From: the human T2T-CHM13v2.0 reference genome, Homo sapiens
Assembly (NCBI RefSeq): GCF_009914755.1
Contig: NC_060930.1
Length of the DNA stretch: 64,000 nucleotides
Reading direction: 5' to 3' (one strand)
The notes below the pieces were generated by a model. It did no database searches. It saw nothing but the letters and a program-made list of their open reading frames with translations, and was not told the origin of the DNA. A program made the position numbers and the translations under genes. Shown here piece by piece: positions 28,461 through 40,399 of the stretch (its first letter is position 1; every line of letters starts with the position of its first letter).

Positions 28461-29329
28461 AGAAAACCCTGCCTTACAAAGGATCTTTGGAAGGTGAGTA
28501 CATTATTTATGTCTCAGGGTTCCGTCAATCAGTCTACTTTCAGTAAGTTTTAACTTATTCTCCTTATGTAACAAGCTCTGCGGAGTCTTCCAGATAAAAA
28601 TAAAACAAAAGCAGCCAAACAAAAGACCTTTACAAGGGGCCCACTGAAGTAGAACTAGCTTTCTTTGTAGGTCAACCTGACCCCAGAGGAATTTTCTGAA
28701 AAATAGCAACACAGGATCCTTAGACCTGGCTTATTTTTGATGGAAAAATGTTTAGAGTACAATAGAATGTCCTTTAACTTATTGCCCTGGTTACCAATGA
28801 TCACTGCTGTTAGTTAAATTTCAATTCGATTAATAGAAGATGAATGTCTTTAATAAACCGGGGCAGTACAAAGGAGAAAAGTTAAAGAGTAAAAGGTTGC
28901 TTTGTGGCAGGAGGAGCTGTTTGACATCCAAAGTTTCCTCTCCTGCCCTACTCCCTTAAATAATGCATACGCTAGCTTTCTGGTCTTTGTTCTTTACTTG
29001 TATCACCTATTTGACAAGGTAGATAAGATTGCAGGCTCAAAGACCAGTGAAGAGGCTGTGCACTTGGAAGAGTGGCCTGTTATGGGGTTCACATTAGAGC
29101 TCAAGAGGAAGGAAGAGGTACCCATGGGAGAGCAGCCTGACTCAGGGTGTTGAGGCCAAAGCAGGGTGAGGAGGGTGCCCATGCAGTGGCTGGCTCAGTG
29201 CAGGCCATCAGGGCACAGGTAGAGTGAGGAGGGCTCCCACTCACCAGCGGGGTCTAGCATGGATGTGGCAGCGTGGGGGTGGCGTGAAGGGAGCATATGT
29301 GGTAAGAGAAAGTGGCAGCAGCAATAAGA

Positions 29330-29670
29330 ACTTGGTGATAGGGAAGGATTGATTAGGTAAGTAAGCAGATCAGGAATAATGGGTGCCAGGTTTCTCATTG
29401 TCAGTGAAGGGGGATATAAATATGGAAAGGGAGAAAAACAGAATGAACCCTGTGGTGTTTGAATAGAGTTGGCATTATTGGTGTAAACTTATTTTGTGTG
29501 CATGTGCAGATAACGAGATAGAGCTCTGTGTTTACTGAGAGCCCCGTAGCAGTGGCACTCTTTTAGCAAGAAGGCTCTAAATTCTACTAAAAGGAATCAC
29601 GGTTCCTTGGAGAAATGGCTGATTCCAGAGCCATTCTGGAATCCAGAGCTGTATTTCAGGAAAATATAGG
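29330..29670 (+). mobile_element. L1MC/L1MD 3'UTR fragment
   Basis: agaatgaaccctgtggtg...ttccttggagaaatggctgattccag. Confidence 0.7.
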
Positions 29671-29719
29671 TGTAAATAACCACTTTTATATATTCAGTTT
29701 TTTTTTTTTTTTGAGATCT

Positions 29720-29850
29720 CCCACCACGAGAATGCTCTTGTACCAGAACAGCCTGTGCTCTATGTGTTTTGCTCTGTACCTCCAGCTTAGCACACAGTAC
29801 GTTCTCAGTACAAATATTTGTTAAGTGAATAAATGAATGAATGAATGATA
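29720..29850 (+). mobile_element. L2 3' end
   Basis: cttagcacacagtacgttctcagtacaaatatttgttaagtgaataaatgaatgaatg. Confidence 0.75.
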
Positions 29851-30329
29851 TGTTTACTTTCATGTTTTATATGCTTACTTTTAAAACACAGAAAGCTTCA
29901 GAAAACTTTTGCCTTAAGTCATTGTGAATTAATATCTCCATGCTTAATATTTTAGCAGAAATTTTATTTTCAGCCAATTTATTACTATGACCCAGACATT
30001 GAACCTGAATAAGTCTCTATTGAGTAAGTTGAGGGAATAGGAGAGGTACACAAGGCAAGATGTTTTCCTTTCCTTATAAAAGCATTGGGAAATTCTCTAA
30101 AATTTAATTTTAGTGGTAAGTTAAAGAATAGCTTAATTTAATTTTTCTATTACTCAGTTATCAGTCTGGGTCAAGAGATTTCCATGGAATTTTTTACATG
30201 CTCAACTCTTGCATATTATTCAGAAATCTTTTGCTTTTCTTTGAAAGTCAACTGTCCATTGAATATGGAAGTGTACTCAGACAACAGACAAGTAGAGAAA
30301 CTGAACCGAAGGAGCCAAACACAGAAACT

Positions 30330-30519
30330 CTCTTCTTCCTCCCTGCATTCCCTGTCTGGGTAATGGCACCAGCATCCGTCTGTCACCCAAGACAGAAAAC
30401 TACTGGTTGTCATAGGATCCTCTCTCTTCACAGACCTCGTGCCTCCCACTAAATACATAATACACAATGAAGCCTGACATCTTATCATTCTTACCTCCTA
30501 AGTACCTCTTATCTCTGTC
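30330..30519 (+). mobile_element. L2 fragment, left flank of the FordPrefect insertion
   Basis: ttccctgtctgggtaatggcaccagcatc...ttacctcctaagtacctctt. Confidence 0.65.
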
Positions 30520-31423
30520 CAGGGCCAGCTTCATGGGCATCCAACCTGTGCACTTGGACAGGGCCTCTCTCTCAGCAAGGTTACATACTTGGGGTTTAAT
30601 GCTCTGCAGTTATCTTGAAATTCTTAATAATGTTTACTTCACATTTCTGCTTTGTAAGTCAAGTTCAATGGGGCAATGGAGCATGTGCCAGGGGCTAAGA
30701 GCCTAAATTCATGCATGATCCCACCTCCCGCTGTCTTCAGTGGATGAGTTTGGGGCTGTTCCCTCCTGTGCCTCCTAGTGCCCTGCCTGCCCAGCCTTCA
30801 CCCTCCTGCTCAGGGCCAGATGGGTCAGGCACAAGCTGTGGCTGCTGTCCCTGTCCCAGACTAGCAGATCTAGGCTAGCAGGTCCATGGGGGGCTGCTGG
30901 AAGTTGTCTCTTGGTGGGAACACGCTCCCCTCCTACCCCATCCAGTACCCAGCCCATACTGACACAGAGGTTGAAGATCCTTGGGAGTTACCTGTCTGCC
31001 AGGGTTTGAGGCTCTAGGCTAGTGGGAAGGGAGCCACCTGGTTTGACTTCTCCAGATCCCACCCCTGATGGAGGTAACACATTGACTCAGTGGCTGGTGG
31101 GAGGGGGAGCCCAGAAGCCAACTGACAGAGCAAACGCACTCATGCTACACATTGTGGGATGAGGCCCCTGGGCAGCTGCGGGAATCTGCACTGGCCCCAC
31201 TAGTGTTGTGGTGCCCAGGAGTGCTCTCTCAGCCAGCTCTGTGCCTTGGGACCCTCTTCTCTTTCTTCCAGCCTTCCTGAATCTGACCTACAGTTGTCTC
31301 TCTGGCCAGCTCCAGGCACCCACCAGGATAAGACACAAAATACGAATTGTGTGATTTTGGTGATTCTACACACGAGTCGAATGCTCATAATTGTATTTAA
31401 AACTGGCATTTGCACAGTTTAAA
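30520..31423 (+). mobile_element. FordPrefect-like hAT-Tip100 DNA transposon, left part
   Basis: TIR cagggccagcttcatgggc; ttggggtttaatgctctgc...caatggagcatgtgccaggggc; aaatacgaattgtgtgattttggtgattc...tttaaaactggcatt. Confidence 0.8.
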
Positions 31424-31439
31424 TTGCACGTTGCATGCT

Positions 31440-31919
31440 GCCCATCTGAGAAGACAATTCAGGTAAGATCACCTGAGCTGAGACGTGAAGGGTGAGCTCC
31501 TAATGTGGAGCCAGTGCCATGGAGTGAGCACTTAAGGCAGAGAAAGGAGCAGTGCTGGGACCCAGCTTCAGGAGAGCGTGGAACGCACAGGCAGTGAGAA
31601 AAATCTTCTGTGGGTGGGCACAGGAGTCACTGGAAAATAATAGGGCTGGAGCAGGGCAGAAGCTAGATCTTACAAGGACTTTCTAGGCTGGAGGGCAGGT
31701 CACTAAAATGGTATTATGTAGTTTACACACGGCAGAGAAGACATTAGGAGACTTTGCATTTTTAAAGATTCCTTTTGCAAACTGGAGACTGTGTTGTGGT
31801 GGAAGGGTGCTAAGATGGGAGGCAGAGAGATGGTAAGGAGGCTATTGAGCCTGTCCTGGAGGTAGATTTCAGCCTGAACTGTGGAAGTAGCAGTGAGGAT
31901 GGAGAGGAAGAGGCAGAGA
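31440..31919 (-). mobile_element. L2 fragment, inverted continuation of the 30330-30519 L2
   Basis: gagctgagacgtgaagg...ggaggcagagaga...aggaggctattg...agcagtgaggatggagaggaag. Confidence 0.75.
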
Positions 31920-32130
31920 CAGGACCATCTTCATAATCTGTGGGGCCCAGAGCAAAATGAGAATGCAGGGCCCATTGTTCAAAGGAAAAAGTGCCATGAA
32001 AGGTTCAGATAAAGCTTATCCTTTCTTCCATGATCTCTCTCTTCTTGTCATGGTGTTTTTATGTTATTTTATACCTTTCTCAGTAAAGAAAAATGAAATC
32101 CTACATTATTAGCATGAATTTTACCCCTCA
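31920..32130 (-). mobile_element. FordPrefect-like hAT-Tip100, right end (inverted)
   Basis: caggaccatcttcataatctgtggggcccagagcaaaatga...cttgtcatggtgttttt...attattagcatgaattttac. Confidence 0.8.
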
Positions 32131-32169
32131 GCATGAATTTTATCCTTCCACCATCAAGCAGAATTTAAG

Positions 32170-32360
32170 CACACTTCCCACTGGTAAAATTAAAAGCATT
32201 TGGACAATACCAGCCAGGGTGAGAGTATCAGAAACCAGTGCTCCTATAGAAAGCTGAGGCACACCTTTCTGGAGGACAATTTGGGAATGTGTATTATAAG
32301 CCTTCCAATAATACTCTTTGGCACAACAGTTCCACTGCTAGGAACTTATAGTAAAAAAAG
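32170..32360 (+). mobile_element. L1ME-type fragment
   Basis: gacaatacca...cctttctggaggacaatttgg...cagttccactgctaggaacttat. Confidence 0.55.
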
Positions 32361-32604
32361 TCAGAAGAAAGCACTAGGATAATGTCATTTAGACTTTATG
32401 TGAAAGAGAATTTCACAAAAGGGAAGTTGTTACTTTTTCCCCCATTAGTGAAAGAATTCCTCTTAATTTTTCTTTCTTAGTATGCAAATAAATTTATTTA
32501 CCTGAATAGATTTTTTTTTTTTTGGCCCATGTCTAAAACAAAGTACTATAATCTCAGATGTGTGTGTATGTGTGTGTGTGTGTCGGGGTGGGGGGGCGCC
32601 CATT

Positions 32605-32911
32605 CCCTTTAAACTACCATAGACTGGATGGCTTATACACAACATAAACCTGGTTCTCATGGTTCTTAAGGCTGGGAAGTCCAAGATCAAGGTGCTGGAA
32701 GATTCAATGTGTGCTGAGCCCCACTTCCTGGTTCATTGTGTCCTCACATGGTGCAAGAGGTGAACGAGCTTCCTTGAGCCTATTTTGTGACTGCCCTAAG
32801 GCTTCATGACCTAATTACCTCCCAAAAGGATCAACCTTCTAATACCATTGCCTTGGAGATTTGGGTTTCAAAATATGAATTTTTGGGAACACAAACATTC
32901 GGATCATAGTG
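32605..32911 (-). mobile_element. MaLR LTR (MLT1A/MSTD-like)
   Basis: aaactaccatagactgg...ggctgggaagtccaagatcaaggtg...tatgaatttttgggaacacaaacattc. Confidence 0.85.
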
Positions 32912-33489
32912 CCTTCATTTCATCAAAAGAATCACATAATTTAATGCACATAGAAAGGCAATGCTAAGTCATTTGGCTTCCTTGGGGAGCTGTGGTTTGA
33001 TGAACTTACACCTTACTACACATAAATCATTGTTAGTTTGACCAATATCTGAATTGATTCAAAATATGATAAGGCCATTTTTTGAGAATGTTGAAATATT
33101 TTAAAAATATTTAAAAATTAAATGAATCCAATTAAACCAAATGTCTCAGAGAACCTTGTTATTTAAAATGCTGTTTGGCAGTCACAAATCACTGCCTGGC
33201 TGAGGCAACTGTTTTAAGTAATATGATTTTGCAAAATCGTAGCTTGGACACTGTGCTGCTTATGCCTGCAAGTAATATGGGTCATATAATATGTCACATG
33301 TGAGATGATGCTCCTGTCAGAGAGATTATAAGCCTGCAGCTCTGCAAATCTGACTTTTGAAAGTGGCTTAAGTGTGTTTCCATGAATTTTGGAATGTTAT
33401 CAAACACTAGCGTAGATACAACCATGAAATTAATATTCTGTATTGTGGAACTCAACAGGGTTCATAAACGAGCCCTAACTCAACCCTAA

Positions 33490-33690
33490 GATTTAAGAAC
33501 ACATGTTTTGGCTGCTTCTAACATTTACCTAACTAGGAAATAAGTGATAAATTAATTTCTCTGAACCTGTTTCCCAATCTCCACTGCAGGCAATAATACC
33601 ATCCCATGAAGTTATTTAAGAGGATTAAATGAGCTTATACAGAGATAAGGAACTAAAAGCCATGCCTGGCTCACCATAAACCTCAAACAA
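33490..33690 (+). mobile_element. MIR
   Basis: aatttctctgaacctgtttccca...aggattaaatgag...tgcctggctcac. Confidence 0.6.
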
Positions 33691-34203
33691 CACCAATGAT
33701 CCCTATTCACAATAGAGAGGTGCTATGAGAGATGGAAATTTTCCAAATTAAAACAAGCATTTAAACCCACTGGGAGAAAAATGCAGTTATTGGGAGGGAA
33801 AAAGAGACATGTCTAAGTCTGCCCTTAAACTTCTGGCTTCAAGCAACCTAATCTTTTTGTTGCTAGCCAAAAAATAGAATCAGAACTGCTGGTTTCCAGA
33901 TACTAGAGGAAGAAGGTAGCTGTAGGGGTCTAAGATGGGGAAGGGGTCGGGGCTAACACTATTGTCCTGGTGGGGAGGCCATGGGGGAGAGTTCGTGGAG
34001 GCCAAATGAAAGGAAGCAAACACTGACTCAACATAATGGATACATGTTACCTTGGAAGAAGTCATCTCTAGATAGTCATTATTACATATATTTCACTGAG
34101 CTTCTATAAAAATTGAGACAATCTCTATAAACCATTACCAAAATGCTATTATTAGTAGTACTGTTATTTCTTATTTATCCTCCAGTACCGAAACCCCTCA
34201 CTA

Positions 34204-34376
34204 TTTATTTATTTATTCATTCATTCATTTTTTAGAGATCTGAATCTCACTCTGTCACCCAGGCTGGAGTGCAGTAATTATAGCTTACTGCAACCTTGAA
34301 CTCCTGGGCTCAACTGAGCCTCCCGCCTCAGCCTCCCAAATAGCTGAGATTGCATGTGTAAGACACTGTGCCTGGC
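34204..34376 (-). mobile_element. Free Alu monomer (FAM/FRAM)
   Basis: Single monomer with (TTTA/TTCA) tail; TSD cctcactat. Confidence 0.88.
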
Positions 34377-34609
34377 CCTCACTATATTTGTTGATGGTCA
34401 GCACCTGTTTTTTTTCTCCTTACCTATCCTGGAACCCAATCTGTCATTTTATAGAAACAGCCTCCAACACTCTGGATCCTCTACCACCATGACCTAAACA
34501 TTGGTTGCTGACATGGAGTGGAGGCCATGAGAATTAAACTGCATTTCTATGTTGTCAAACAAGACATCAACATTTCTGCAATGATGCTGAAGCTAATATT
34601 GGTTGACAG

Positions 34610-34745
34610 TAACAGCTTTGGACTCAGATGGCCCTGGGTTCAAATCCTAACTCTGGTATTTGACAGTAACATAGCTTTAGACAACTTAGTATCTCTCGGC
34701 CTCAGTTTGCTCATTTATCAAATTGGGCTCTACTATCTACTGTGC
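34610..34745 (+). mobile_element. MIR
   Basis: gctttggactcagatggccctgggttcaaatcc...ctcggcctcagtttgctcatt. Confidence 0.75.
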
Positions 34746-34885
34746 AAAACATCTTGCATGCGCTCTTCCAGATATTGCTTTATACTTCACCCTGTTTGGT
34801 GCTCCTCAAGGCATCAAAAGGCTTCCTTGTCATCTGGCTTCCATATGGAGTTATACCTGGAGATCAGCTCACATACTGGTTCGGA

Positions 34886-35019
34886 TTTTTTTTTTTTTTT
34901 TTTGAGGCAGGAACTCACTATGTTGCCCAGGCTGGCCTCAAACTCCTGGGCTGAAGCAATCCTCCCACCTCAATCTCCCAAGTAGCTGGGATTTGACGCA
35001 TGCACAACCATGCCTGGCT
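34886..35019 (-). mobile_element. FLAM (free left Alu monomer)
   Basis: polyT + ctcactatgttgcccaggctggcctcaaactcctggg...agtagctggga. Confidence 0.88.
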
Positions 35020-35099
35020 TGCTTCAGACTTCTTCAAACAAAGCTCTAATGTTACTACTGTGCACAAAGATGCCCATGGAATAATGTCTAAATGTATAG

Positions 35100-35570
35100 C
35101 CTGTAATTGAACAGAATCTGACTCCTGATCTAACAGGAGTCTCACCTTTATCTCCTCTTGTTCCTCCTGATGTACCCTCATGCTGAGGAAACCAGATAAC
35201 TCATTCACTATTTCCTGCCAATATTCATGCAATTTCTTACCTTCATGCTTCTGCTTCTGCTATTCCCTACCAGGACCTGACTGTACATAATGAAATTCTA
35301 CCCATTGCTCAAGGCCTAGCTCCAATGCCTCGAAAATATCCTCCCTGGCTCCCAAACTTAGGAATTGGTCTCTTGCAAGAATTCCTATACCACTGCATGT
35401 GTATCTTTCTTTCTGCACTTTATCACTTCCTGCTTATATTGTAATTATATGTTTCATCTTCCATGCCTTTTGTAAGGTCTGTGGAGGATGTCAGTGTTTT
35501 ACTCATCCTGTGGCTCCCCACCATACCTGCCCATAGAGGCTGCTCAGTAAACACTTCCTGCATGATGTAT
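35100..35570 (+). mobile_element. L2 fragment
   Basis: ttcatgcttctgcttctgctattccct...ctcaaggcctagctc...gctcagtaaacacttcctg. Confidence 0.6.
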
Positions 35571-38161
35571 GTGGATTCTGTTGGTGGGTGAAGATCATCA
35601 GGTAGTTGAAAGAATGATGCAAGCTGGCATTATGAATTTACATACTGCACTTTTTCACAAGAACTTCTTTGCTGGGGGTGGTTCTTAGCTTTATGACTAA
35701 ATGTTGCATTTCTGTACTGTACTGCTCAGGTGGGGTAGGGAGGAGAATCAGTAAATTCATCTTTAATCTCTCTTCTGGATCATTGCTACTTATAGTTCAT
35801 GACAAAACATTGTCTAAAAAGACTCACTAGGGGTAACCCTGCATGAATGTTGATATTCCAGAACAGATGGCAGGCTCTGGGGGAGGGGAAAGTGTGAAGG
35901 GAAAGTGTAAAAGGAAATTTTCACTCTCTGCCTGCCAGGCAGAATAAATAGAACACATTCTCTACACGGATGTCTTCTAATTCTGTCTTAACATTAGAAT
36001 GCACCACGATGAATTAACAATTAAGGTTGACTCAGCCAAGCTGTATTGAACTTGCACTGTGTCCCAGCACTGCCATGTGTTTGGGGAGGCACCAAGGACT
36101 TAAGGCAGGGTCTCTGGTCCTAATTTATTTCTCAAGTTTATGTAGGAGGCAAGATCTAAACACTACCATCAAAATGAGGAGACATATGGATGGCTGCATC
36201 ACTGCTCCAAAGCCCTTCAAGAGTCTAATGTATTTTAATATAATTTGAGGTCACAATATTGTGAGCCAGATCCTCCATGCCTGAGTTACTCTCTGGGAAG
36301 AAGAAATATGGTTCATTTCATGGAGCTGGGGCTAAAAAATTGCTTACCATAGGCTTGTAAGTGGGGCCAAACGTTGGATCTCTTCTGAAGCAAGCTTTGG
36401 TGACTAGCTGCTTTCCTAACTCCAGATCGGCCTTTACCTCTGTCCTTCACCTTGTAAACTCAAACTGGCACTGCTGGTTGTGGCCATTTGGGGGAAGTGC
36501 CCAGAAGAGTCGTGGATCTTGTGGATAGACTTCAGAGGCACAGGCGGCCTGCTGTGGCTGCTGCTGGCAAGAGAGAAGTGCAGGTTGGGTTACCAAACAC
36601 CCAGCAAGGGGAGTACACGTCCTCCTTTGCCCTGAGCTTCCTTTTAACTAGTGTTTAAAATTAGATCACATAGCCTAGGACTAGGAAATTATGAAATGAC
36701 ATTTCACATTTTTTAGTGTCACTTAATCTACTGGTAACCAATTCTTGCTGTCCTTGTTTGTTTTCCCAGCAACCTATGTCATTGGGTGGTTAAAAGGATG
36801 TGATAAAGTAGATGAATGTGCTTAGTAGAGTGAGAGTACATAGCATGCAAAAATATTAAGTATTACACATAACATGTATCACTTGCTCTGTGCCTCAGCC
36901 TATCAACTTCCTAAGAGTGGGATCCATATTTGAATCCCTTTTAATTAAAATCTAACACAAGCATAAACAAATTCTTCACTTCTATTAAGTCTTTAATATT
37001 CTCATATAATATGTCATTAAAAGGTAATTTTTAATATTAACTGCTGTAAATTATTCTTCTTCCTTTTTTATGCCCACAAATTTATTGTAAATATTTCTAA
37101 ATCTGGCACCAGTTGGTGGAGAGGGGACCCTCCATCTCTCTACCAGCAGGGCTCACCAGCTTAGGGATGCATTCAGAGTGGCTCAGGGAGGGCCTTGGTG
37201 TCCCTCACATGTGAGGACTTTTTGTCATGCATGAACGAACATCAGCTCTTGCAGCTGCTCTAATGGCCCTGTCCAAAGGAAAGCCATTTTAAAAATAGAA
37301 TTGAAGGGAACAAATGGTTTGCCTGATAGACTATTTTGAGGTGCAGGAGATTGGAGGATTCAAAAATGAAAGTATGTTATCAAGTGGGATAGAAACATAA
37401 AATTTGGAGAAGTTTTGGGGTGTGATGTTTACCAAAAGGCCATGACAATTGTATGCATTTAATTTAATCTCTAAAGGTGACACCCAGCCATGAATTGGGT
37501 AAATGTAAACCCGTCATAATAAGCCTTAGAAGCAAAGGTGAGAAATACCAATAGCGTGTTCTCAACACTAGATTACACATATAGCAAAGTCCTCGGTACC
37601 TTAGAGACACAATTTTAAGTTTTCAGAATAAACCACAGGCCTTTAAAATAGTGTCAGGAGTCTTCAATTTTTCCAACTCTTCTGGGGACATTTACCTCCC
37701 GGGGACTCTTGGTATTACCACGGTAAAAACTGAGCATTAGCCCAATGCATAATGCCAGCCTGGACTTGATCCATGAGCTCACAGCCTAAGGCCTTACTTA
37801 GGAGTTTCTATCTTTTCTGTGGGCTTTCAATCTTCCCTTCTCTCAGTAAATTGGAGATAACCTAAACGAGCAGTAAGTAAGTCAAACAGCAGAATCAAAT
37901 ACGTACCATTTGAGTGGACTGACATTATATGTGGAAGCCCCTAGCACCATGTCAAGAATCAGTTAATTTTTTTTAGTGTATATTCTTACATAGGATATTT
38001 AATAATTATGGATGTAATTATACTGTATATAGTTTTACCTTTTGCTTTTTCCTTATTTTACAAGTATATTCTCCCATATTACATCCATCACATCTTTTAA
38101 AATGCTTTGTCACAAAATCTGCTTAATTTTAAAATGTAAATAACATAGAAGTATGTAAACT

Positions 38162-38453
38162 AGCTGAGTAGTGTCTTGCCTATAATCCCAGCTACTCAAG
38201 AGGCTGAGGCAGGAGGATCCCTTAAGCCCAGGAGTTCAAGACCAGCCTGAAAAATATAGCGAGACCTTGGTATCTAATAAAATAGAAAAAAATTAGCGGG
38301 GTATGGTGATGCATGCCTGTAATCCCAGCTACTCCAGAAGCTAAGGCAGGAGCATCCCTTGAACCCAGGAGTTCAAGGCTGTAGCGAGCTATGATCATGC
38401 CACTGCACTTCAGCCTGGATGAAGAGTGAGACCCAGTATCTTAAAATTTAAAA
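38162..38453 (+). mobile_element. AluJ
   Basis: ggaggatcccttaagcccaggagttcaag...aggctgtagcgagctatgatcatgcc; TSD aagt(a/g)tgtaaa. Confidence 0.93.
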
Positions 38454-38670
38454 AGTGTGTAAAGTGAAAAGTGAAAGCTTCTTTCCTTTCTATATTCAAC
38501 ACTTAAGAAGCATGACTTTTGTGTATATTCTTCCAGGGCTTTTTATCAATGGGAGTGTGCGTGCATGTGTGTAAGCATGTTTATGTATAGAATAGTTTTT
38601 TCTTTACATAAATAGAATCAATATAAGCATAAGATTTGGCAATTTGCTTTTTTTTTCGCGTAATAATGTG

Positions 38671-38872
38671 CGTTGTCATATTTAGAAAATAAAAATACAG
38701 GATACCTGGTTAAATCTGGATTTCAAGTAACTAATGTTTTTTAGTGTAAATATGTCCCAAATATTGCATGAGACATACTCATATAAAAAATGATTTGTTG
38801 TTTATCTGAAGTTCAAATATAACTGGGTGTCCTGTCTTACGTACTTCAAACAAGTTTTTATATCTGCACATC
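38671..38872. mobile_element. MER53 palindromic MITE
   Basis: aaataaaaatacaggatacctggttaaat...tatgtcccaaatattgcatgagacata...aactgggtgtcctgt; arms are imperfect reverse complements. Confidence 0.88.
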
Positions 38873-39789
38873 TTGACCTACCTGTTTGCTCAAGCCGCAG
38901 AACACTCCATGTGCCCGAATGTTGCCAGCTGATAGCTCTTGGTAGTAGAACTAAAGGCAACTTCATCTTCTTATTTTTTCTCATTTGACTCTGTCCAAAA
39001 TTTATCATTGCAAGTGCCTCATAAAGAGATTAGATCCTTCTAAATGGCAGGCACCTTTGTCTGTGGAGTAACCTGATTTTCTCAGGAAGCCTGGGAGTGG
39101 GAACTAGAACATTAGCTTACTCTCCTTTCTAGAGGGAGAAGACTCCCTGGGGCAATCAAAAAGGAAGTGGGCAAGGAGACCAGCCCTGCACCTCATAGGA
39201 GCCCAAGCTTTGGTGATTTCCTCGAAAATCTTCCAAGTCATCCTTTGGTGTCTGATTGATGGGTTAGCAGAGACTTCTGGGTGGGCTGCACTGAGGCCAG
39301 ACCAGGAGGTGCATGAGGCCCCAGGCTCTTTCCTCTGGGCCCTGGTCTCTGTTTCTCTTCTTTGGGGGCACTCTCTGACTGTCTCTCCCACACTCTACAC
39401 CTGTGGGGTTGACTAGATGCTCTGAGGAGCTCAGAGGACTGTGCTTACAGAGTCTCCAGGGTCGCTGGGACCAGGCCCCAGTTCCAGGAGGGAGGCTTGG
39501 AAAGTGGATCATCCTTGCTGTCCAGCACAGTATTTCCTTTGTGGAATTGCATGAGATTGAGCAGCCAATATGAGGTTGACACACTGATTTTGATTGACTC
39601 AAATTGTTTACAGAGATAGGACCATGGCAAAAAACATTTGCTGCTCTTCCACCCATCCCAGGGGCAGCTCAAAAGAAAACAAGTGAGAGGAAGGAGACAG
39701 GAATGAGAAAGCTGGGAAACAAAAGTTGCAAGTTGATATAGGCCCTAAGGGAAACCAAGAAATCCAGCTGAGAAGGATTTTGGAGAATG

Positions 39790-40135
39790 TCTAATAATAA
39801 TAATACAATAAATGATAGCTGATACTTTACACAGTGTCCTTAATATGGCCAGGCACCTAAGAACTGTACATCACTAACCTGTTTAATCCTCACAATCCTA
39901 GATAAGAGCTATGACCACCTCAGTTTACAAAAGAAAGAGAGAGAAATAGGGGAGTGAGGAAAGGTGGGAGAGAAGAAGGAAGAAAAAAATGAAGGAAGGA
40001 AGGAGGAAGGGAGGGAAGAAGGGAGAGGAGAACTGAGGCCCAAGGAAAATATATAATTTGACACAAGATCACATAGTGGCAAGGGAGTGGTAAAGCTTGG
40101 TCCATGGAGTTAACTCCAGAATCTATGGCCCATAC
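39790..40135 (-). mobile_element. MIR with an internal ~100-bp purine-rich expansion (39929-40032)
   Basis: tttaatcctcacaa...cagtttaca[GA-rich]gaactgaggccca...caagatcacatag. Confidence 0.75.
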
Positions 40136-40399
40136 ACTAGGCTAGATGTATCTATGTGGATTTTTAAGTTGTTGACTGTGTGGTATGTAATGTGACCACT
40201 TCATATTGTCTCAGCTTTCCAGTGAATGCAAATGTAACTCATGAATGATTTCTTAAAATTTTGCTTCGCTTAGAAACTAGTAGAGAAGCTGCTTATTCTT
40301 TAGATCTATAAGTGAGGGAGCAGGAATGCCTGGGTAACAATGAATATATGACAATAAGACCTTTAGGAGTCCAAAGAAATATATGGGAAGGTGTATATA

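Noticed and set aside
34518-34985. 155-aa ORF
   Set aside because: Runs through MIR and FLAM sequence; non-ATG start.
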